From assembly GCA_964508365.1 (NCBI GenBank), contig CAZDTP010000005.1, forward strand, positions 38,530 to 102,529: 64,000 nucleotides of DNA. The letters run 5' to 3'. This DNA comes from an uncultured archaeon. Its GTDB lineage: Archaea; Asgardarchaeota; Lokiarchaeia; Sigyniarchaeales; SOKP01. A model generated the notes under the pieces. It was not told the origin of the DNA. It did no database searches and was given only the letters and a program-made list of their open reading frames with translations. A program made the position numbers and the translations under genes. Numbering within the stretch: position 1 is the first letter of the stretch; the number at the start of each line of letters is the position of its first letter. Of this stretch, positions 58,639-64,000 are shown in pieces.

Positions 58639-58944
58639 ATGCAACAAGCACGTATAAGACTTAGTAGCACTCAATTAACTGCTTTGAAAGCTGTGTGTGA
58701 GCAAATTGAAAGCGTGTGTAAGAATCAAGGAATTAGAAAACTAGGTCCTATTCCATTACCTACAAAGAGTTTACGAGTTCCCGTGATGAAAGCACCATCT
58801 GGGCAAGGTACATCGACTTGGGCAAAATTCGAAATGAGAATTCACAAACGCCTTTTTGAAATAACTGCCAACGAACGTTCGATGCACCTTATTATGAAAA
58901 TTCAAATTCCTGAGTCAGTTTTAGTAGAAATTGAGTTAATGTAA
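58639..58944 (+). CDS. rps10: 30S ribosomal protein S10 (uS10), archaeal/eukaryal type
   Basis: 101 aa. MQQARIRLSS ... GPIPLPTK ... FEMRIHKRLFEI ... IEL closely parallels archaeal S10 sequences. Confidence 0.9.
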   Translation: MQQARIRLSSTQLTALKAVCEQIESVCKNQGIRKLGPIPLPTKSLRVPVMKAPSGQGTSTWAKFEMRIHKRLFEITANERSMHLIMKIQIPESVLVEIELM

Positions 58945-59014
58945 TAAACTTCTTTCTTTGGATTTTTAATATTTCTTCAAGAGAATTAATATAGAATGAA
59001 TTTATCCATTATTT

Positions 59015-60391
59015 ATGCCCTTTACACCATTTCATTTTGGTCCAGGGTTACTTATTAGTTTAACATTTCTTTCGTTCATTGATATTCCTACTTTCTTGAT
59101 AGCGAGTGTAATTATTGATGTTGAACCATTTTTAGTTTTGGTTTTTCAATTAAATTATCCACTTCATGGATTTTTCCATAGTTTTTTAGGAGGTTTTATC
59201 GTTGCCGTTCTTTTAACGATGGTTATGAGTAAAATTAGGAGGTACTTTACACCTTTGCTTACATTTTTTAAATTAGAACAATCTATATCGTTTAAAAAAA
59301 TATTTTTTTCGAGTACTTGTGCTATTTTTCTCCATATATTATTGGACTCTCCTATGTACTTGGATATTCGACCCTTTTTTCCTTTTGATTTTAATCCCTT
59401 TTATCAAAGTAGCGTTATACCTGGCTTAATAGAGCATATGATTTGTGTTTGGTGTTTTTTAGGGGCAATATTAGTATATATAATTAGACTGCTTCAACAT
59501 CAAATTAAAATTAAAAAAACCCTATTAAATGAACTTAATAAAACCCCCTTAATGTTATTAGATATGTCTGACGATTTTTCTCTTGATTCCGGTTCCATAG
59601 AAGAAACTATGCTAGGACCTTTGTGGGCTCGAGCAACCTATAGTAAACTATATCCTAAAATATTAGATGACCAACAAGCCATACAAATTATTGAGAAGCT
59701 AGATTACGATTTTACTGAAATCTCGAATTATTTGGAAGAGTGGAGATCTCTCGGATTGTTAGTTAGAGCTAAAAGTTTTGATGAAGCAATTAAGAAGTAC
59801 ATTGAAAACTATCCCGATTCAACAGTGGTAAATATAGGATCTGGGTTAGATACTACGCTTTTTCGCGTTGATAATGGTACCATTAAATGGTTTAATTTAG
59901 ATTTGCCTGATGCAATTAAATATCGCAATCAAGTTATATCGGAAACTTCTAGAAGTAAGAATATTTCTAAATCTGCGTTTGATTACAGCTGGATGGATGA
60001 TATTGAGTTCAATCCAGAGAATGGGATTATCTTTTTTGCGGGTGGTTTTGTTTATTATTTTAAGGAAGAAGAAATCTATAAACTTATCACTAATATGGTA
60101 GAAAGATTTCCTGGAGGAGAATTTATTTTTGAGGGAATTTCAAAACTAGCTATTAAAGTTATTAATAGGAGGGCAAAAAAAGCCGGTGTAGATATACGCG
60201 TTCATTATGGAATAGGTAATCCAACGAATGAATTCTCAACATGGTCGAAAAAAATTGAACTGATTGATTGGTATACTATCTGGGCTCGTACACCCATTAA
60301 TCCAAAATGGTCAAAAAAAACCCTAAAAATGCTCAAAGTTTCAGAGCGACTTAAAACAAGTAAAATTATTCACTTAAAATTTAATGGATGA
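59015..60391 (+). CDS. Fusion protein: N-terminal DUF4184-like membrane domain plus a C-terminal LCM/TcmP-like class I SAM methyltransferase
   Basis: 458 aa. MPFTPFHFGPGLL plus 4-5 TM helices (DUF4184-like). Then LGPLWARATYSKLYPKILDDQQA ... VVNIGSGLDTTLFR, typical of leucine carboxyl / polyketide O-methyltransferase family proteins. Confidence 0.55.
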   Translation: MPFTPFHFGPGLLISLTFLSFIDIPTFLIASVIIDVEPFLVLVFQLNYPLHGFFHSFLGGFIVAVLLTMVMSKIRRYFTPLLTFFKLEQSISFKKIFFSSTCAIFLHILLDSPMYLDIRPFFPFDFNPFYQSSVIPGLIEHMICVWCFLGAILVYIIRLLQHQIKIKKTLLNELNKTPLMLLDMSDDFSLDSGSIEETMLGPLWARATYSKLYPKILDDQQAIQIIEKLDYDFTEISNYLEEWRSLGLLVRAKSFDEAIKKYIENYPDSTVVNIGSGLDTTLFRVDNGTIKWFNLDLPDAIKYRNQVISETSRSKNISKSAFDYSWMDDIEFNPENGIIFFAGGFVYYFKEEEIYKLITNMVERFPGGEFIFEGISKLAIKVINRRAKKAGVDIRVHYGIGNPTNEFSTWSKKIELIDWYTIWARTPINPKWSKKTLKMLKVSERLKTSKIIHLKFNG

Positions 60392-60446
60392 ATTTAAATC
60401 AATAGATAATTATTATGTTTTTAAAATATAGAGCTCTTTTTGAATT

Positions 60447-61169
60447 ATGACAGACTATCATACTAAAACATTTTATGGTCAAAAATCAAGCATTACCCTG
60501 ACAAGCCCGTCTAAGTCGGTTCCATATGTTTTCTTAAATTGTATAAATCGTAAGGAAGATGGGACATGGGAGAAAACTTCGGAGGGAGAAGGGAAAACTG
60601 TTAAGATAAGCATTGAAGAAATCATTTGTATATTAGAAGTTCTTCTTAAAAAGAGCGCAAATTGGAGAGGTTTTCACGTCTTTAAAGAGCGTAAAACAGA
60701 AATATATGTAGGCTGGGAAAAAGAATCTCGTGAAGTAATTCAAATTAGAATTGGTGAATACATTAAGAAACTCCGTTTTCCTAATCTAAATTTTTTCTCC
60801 TTAATGCTTGAACATATATTAAGCGAAAAAATTGAATTTGCTACTAGCGGAAAATCTAAGAAGAAATCAAAAGACGGAGATACTCAGGAAGAGGGCGATT
60901 ATAGCGTATTTTCTGAACAAATCATTGCAAGAGACGGATTACAAGTAGTAGAAACTACGGAATTTGGTGTTTTAGAAGAAACAATCGAGATTAAAGCTAA
61001 AGTTAAAGTAGAAAGCCCTAAAGCTCTTTTAATATCATTAGAATCGGATAAAGAATTTTGGATTCCAAAAAGCACAATTCACAACAAATACGATGTGGAA
61101 AACAAACAAAAACTGCAAACATTTATTGTGGATAAATGGATTATAGAAAAACAAAGAATAATCAAATGA
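60447..61169 (+). CDS. Hypothetical two-domain protein; the N-terminal half may have a Whirly/PC4-like ssDNA-binding fold (speculative)
   Basis: 240 aa with good coding character. A Lys/Asp/Glu-rich linker (KSKKKSKDGDTQEEGD) separates two domains. The C-terminal domain contains KALLISLESDKEFWIPKSTI. The stop overlaps the next start (ATGA). Confidence 0.5.
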   Translation: MTDYHTKTFYGQKSSITLTSPSKSVPYVFLNCINRKEDGTWEKTSEGEGKTVKISIEEIICILEVLLKKSANWRGFHVFKERKTEIYVGWEKESREVIQIRIGEYIKKLRFPNLNFFSLMLEHILSEKIEFATSGKSKKKSKDGDTQEEGDYSVFSEQIIARDGLQVVETTEFGVLEETIEIKAKVKVESPKALLISLESDKEFWIPKSTIHNKYDVENKQKLQTFIVDKWIIEKQRIIK

Positions 61170-62425
61170 TAAGTATGGAGTCAAGTGAAAAATTTTATAG
61201 TAAGCCATTATTTGTGAATTTACTATTATTAGTTATGAATCTACTTTTGTTTTTATTCAAACTTATAGTCTCAAGTATAAGTGGAAGTTTAGCCCTTCAA
61301 GCAGATGCTTTTGATAATTTAACAGATATAATTATGGTTTTTGCAGCTGTAGTTGGAATAATCTATTCAAAAAGAAAACCTAATAAAAAATTCCCCTATG
61401 GCTATTACAAAATCGAAAATATAATAAGTCTAATTATTTCAATGGTCATATTTTTTACGGCTTATAACATAATTACTTTATCATTTTCTGAAATTTTTGA
61501 ATTCATTGCTGGATTTCCAAAACAGATAATAGTTACACCTACCATTTTTCTTTTTTTAATAATCTCTTTACTAGTTTCGTTCTTATCAACTATATATTTA
61601 AAAGTAATAGGAAAACAGACAAAATCACCCATAATTCAATCTCAAGCTACTGAAAAGCTCTACGATAATCTGATATCTTCTTCAGTAATAATCGGATTTA
61701 TTAGTGCTTTATTTGGTATAAATCTCGTAGATTCAATTATTAGTTTAGCTATTGCCCTGCTTATCATTAAAGGAGGTTATGATATTTTCTTAACATCTAC
61801 TAAAACATTATTAGACGCAGTGATAGATTTTGATAAAAGAAATGAACTCTATAAAATAATAGATACTTTTCCAAATGTTAAAAAGATTGAAAATATTGAC
61901 ATACGCTCCTATGGGCGATATATTTTTCTTGAAATTATAATTGAATTAAATAAAGAACTTCATTTACATCAAGTAGATTTATTAAAAAATGCAATATCAG
62001 CTAAAATAGTGAAAGAGTTCCCTGAAATCTTTAAAATTATAATTATTTCTCAGTCTCAACCAAAAGAAATGATTAAAATTGCTGTGCCCTTAATGAACGA
62101 CAACGGTTTAAATTCTAAAATTTCTGAGCATTTTGGAGAATCTCCTTTCTTTTCTATAATGGAACTGCAAGAAGAAAAGAATCAATTCAAGTTAATCAAT
62201 CATTACATCTCCCCAAATAAGTTTAAAGACGAAGAGAAAAGGAAAGGAATTTTGATTTCTGAGTGGTTGTTAGAAGAAAAAATCGACAAGCTTTATTTAA
62301 AAAATGCTTTAAAAAAGGGTCCAAAATTAGTTTTAGAAAGTAGTTTAGTTCAAATGACAATTACTAAATTTGATAGTTTACAAAAGATTGTCGAACAAGA
62401 AACACAAATCCAAGTCGTAAAATAA
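61166..62425 (+). CDS. Cation diffusion facilitator (CDF) transporter fused to a C-terminal NifX/NifB-like (dinitrogenase FeMo-cofactor-binding fold) domain
   Basis: CDF TM domain (LQADAFDNLTDII ... FPYGYYKIENI ... EKLYDNLISS) and a cytoplasmic alpha/beta domain. Then MIKIAVPLMNDNGLNSKISEHFGESPFFSIMEL, typical of NifX-family domains. The ATG at 61166 overlaps the upstream stop (ATGA). The ORF track starts 30 nt earlier, at 61136. Confidence 0.7.
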   Translation: MISMESSEKFYSKPLFVNLLLLVMNLLLFLFKLIVSSISGSLALQADAFDNLTDIIMVFAAVVGIIYSKRKPNKKFPYGYYKIENIISLIISMVIFFTAYNIITLSFSEIFEFIAGFPKQIIVTPTIFLFLIISLLVSFLSTIYLKVIGKQTKSPIIQSQATEKLYDNLISSSVIIGFISALFGINLVDSIISLAIALLIIKGGYDIFLTSTKTLLDAVIDFDKRNELYKIIDTFPNVKKIENIDIRSYGRYIFLEIIIELNKELHLHQVDLLKNAISAKIVKEFPEIFKIIIISQSQPKEMIKIAVPLMNDNGLNSKISEHFGESPFFSIMELQEEKNQFKLINHYISPNKFKDEEKRKGILISEWLLEEKIDKLYLKNALKKGPKLVLESSLVQMTITKFDSLQKIVEQETQIQVVK

Positions 62426-62470
62426 GAAATATTTACCTATAACTATTTTATTATTTAATTAACCTTTTGA

Positions 62471-63307
62471 TTGATTTCTATGGAACTATCTATTAACCTG
62501 TTAAAAAAAATTGCGATAACTGTATATGAGGTAATTCATCCTATTTTAGGATCTAGCATAGCCGCAGAAAAATCTCAGAGAGGCGCAGGAGGTGATATCT
62601 CTATGCATATAGACTTACTTGCAGAGAAAATCATTATTGACACTTTAAAAAGTGAGAATGTAGATACTTTGCTTATTAGCGAAGAAATTGGAGAAAAATA
62701 CATTGGAAATAGAGATAAAGCGATTAACAATCATAATGTAATTATTATCGATCCCGTTGACGGTTCCAACAATGCTGTAAGAGGGATTCCTTATTGTTCA
62801 GTTTCAATCGCCTATGCGATAGGTAAGAGTATGGAGGACATAAAAAAAGGTTTAGTATTAGATTTAGTTTCAAAAGACATATATTGGGCTGTTAAAGGAG
62901 AGGGTGCTTATCTAAATGATAAGAAAATTCTAGTCTCAAATCTGGACCTTTCAGATAATTGCTTTTTTGAGCTGAATCTTCCAAAAAAAAACGCTTTTCA
63001 ATATTTAGGTAAACTAAAACCTATTATTGAACGATTGCATCGTATTAGAATATTAGGGAGTAGTGCTTTAACCTTATGCCAAGTTGCCAAGGGCAGTATG
63101 GAAGCTTTTATTAATTTACGAAAAACTAATAGGTTAGTTGATGTTGCTGCTGGCCTTCTAATACTCAAAGAAGCAGACGGTCTATTTTTCTCTCTTGATG
63201 GAAACGAGATTGATCAAAAACTTTCTATGGACTCAAAATTTCCCTTTGTTGCTTGTAATGCGAATTTAGAAACTTTCTTAAAAAACGAATTAAGTACCAA
63301 TTATTAA
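62471..63307 (+). CDS. suhB: Inositol monophosphatase / fructose-1,6-bisphosphatase family protein
   Basis: 278 aa, starting at TTG 62471 or ATG 62480. Metal-binding motifs (LISEEIGE, IIIDPVDGSNN) and the C-terminal WD-like segment (VDVAAG). Confidence 0.85.
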   Translation: MISMELSINLLKKIAITVYEVIHPILGSSIAAEKSQRGAGGDISMHIDLLAEKIIIDTLKSENVDTLLISEEIGEKYIGNRDKAINNHNVIIIDPVDGSNNAVRGIPYCSVSIAYAIGKSMEDIKKGLVLDLVSKDIYWAVKGEGAYLNDKKILVSNLDLSDNCFFELNLPKKNAFQYLGKLKPIIERLHRIRILGSSALTLCQVAKGSMEAFINLRKTNRLVDVAAGLLILKEADGLFFSLDGNEIDQKLSMDSKFPFVACNANLETFLKNELSTNY

Positions 63308-63352
63308 TAGGAAAAAAAGAAGTTTCCAACTAATTACATTAATTATAAAAAG

Positions 63353-64000
63353 TCAAGGAGGAATATCAATTGGATATTTTCCGTATTTTCTTCTAATATT
63401 TTGCATGGCTTCAAATCTATCAACAGTAACTGCAGGATTTATACTATGACCAGAACTGAATATGTATCCTCCACCTGGTGCTAATTCTCGTATTAGTTTT
63501 TTAGCATAATCTTCAATCTCGTAAATCTCTCCAATTGCTAACATAATGGGGCTTAGATTGCCAATAAAAGTTATCTTATCACCGTATTTTTTGTTAAGTT
63601 CAAAAATATCATAATCCTTATTAGCAGTTGTAGACTCAACAGGATTGATGGCATCCACTCCACAATCTACAATATCGCTAAAAATTTCCATTAAATCGCC
63701 ATCCGAATGCAAAATTATCTTGCAATCTTGCTTATGAGCGGCATCGCATATTTTTTTTAACCATGGAAATATATAGTTACGATATAAACTCGGTTTCATG
63801 AATAGACCATTTTTAAATCCGTAATCATCCCATAATAATACCATTTGAGCGTCATTTTCTGCGAGAATTTTAACAATTTCTAGTGTAAAGGAACCCCTAT
63901 CGTCAAATACTCTTTTAATTTGCTTCTCGTTGCCTAATATTCTTGAAAATGTTTCGATTCCAAAACCCTCCCATGTGCATTCCATAAGTGCCCCTGTGGA
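63353..64000 (-). CDS. Uroporphyrinogen-decarboxylase-family protein (URO-D / MtaA-like); N-terminus lies beyond the window edge
   Basis: The frame is open to nt 64000. The C-terminal TIM-barrel part (ILHSDGDLMEIFSDIVDCGVDAINPVE ... GGGYIFSSGHSINPAVTVDRFEAM) is typical of the URO-D/methylcobamide methyltransferase family. Confidence 0.7.
   Translation of the reverse strand, partial: STGALMECTWEGFGIETFSRILGNEKQIKRVFDDRGSFTLEIVKILAENDAQMVLLWDDYGFKNGLFMKPSLYRNYIFPWLKKICDAAHKQDCKIILHSDGDLMEIFSDIVDCGVDAINPVESTTANKDYDIFELNKKYGDKITFIGNLSPIMLAIGEIYEIEDYAKKLIRELAPGGGYIFSSGHSINPAVTVDRFEAMQNIRRKYGKYPIDIPP

Noticed and set aside
1-64000. I searched by eye for rRNA, tRNA, CRISPR arrays, transposases/integrases and long inverted or tandem repeats.
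   Set aside because: No regularly spaced repeats, no GC-rich structured-RNA-like blocks with tRNA T-loop/acceptor features, and no recombinase motifs were found. A visual scan of 64 kb cannot exclude short or degenerate elements, so tRNAscan-SE, Infernal and a repeat finder should be run.

Overview
This is a very AT-rich, gene-dense window of about 60 protein-coding genes, and it looks like chromosomal archaeal DNA. The archaeal call rests on an archaeal/eukaryal-type ribosomal protein S10, an AbrB-PhoU regulator, an Lrp/AsnC regulator, an archaeal-type ThrRS editing domain, frequent GTG/TTG starts behind GGAGGTG-like ribosome-binding sites, and oligo-T tracts after genes. Several proteins have eukaryote-like domains: HEAT+LRR, a longin/roadblock-like fold, a PHD/RING-like zinc finger, a Bud23-like methyltransferase, and NIPA-like and HGSNAT-like membrane proteins. 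By inference only, these suggest an Asgard (Lokiarchaeia-like) genome.

The backbone is housekeeping metabolism: carA-carB, pyrG, fused guaA, glnA with a nearby lrp, two tandem gdh copies, pepF, an IMPase, and an FMN glutamate-synthase-like enzyme. An acyl-CoA cluster at 2.3-16 kb encodes a TPP enzyme, a Zn-ADH, an acyl-CoA ligase, an acyl-CoA dehydrogenase, a crotonase and 4-hydroxybutyryl-CoA dehydratase. Glycan-related genes (GH20, GH172/DUF2961, a nucleotide-sugar dehydrogenase, an HGSNAT-like acyltransferase) are scattered through the window. I found no rRNA, tRNA, CRISPR array, transposase or integrase.

The observations most worth follow-up are:
- The Bud23-like methyltransferase ORF ends in a TGA that is in frame with the next radical-SAM ORF. 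It is followed by 49 stop-free codons encoding a CxxC...CxxC zinc ribbon with no canonical start codon.
- A 54-nt diverged direct copy of the carB 3' end lies about 0.74 kb downstream, bracketing a single reverse-strand membrane/PH-like ORF. This looks like an insertion scar.
- A membrane-anchored paralog is interrupted by one in-frame TAA that aligns to a Tyr codon in its intact paralog.
- A free-standing 140-aa ThrRS editing domain is present.
- A small neighbourhood encodes longin-like, SRPBCC and PHD/RING-like proteins.
- A possible Whirly/PC4-like protein is translationally coupled (ATGA overlap) to a CDF transporter fused to a NifX-like domain.

All functional calls come from motif recognition by eye, not from database searches.
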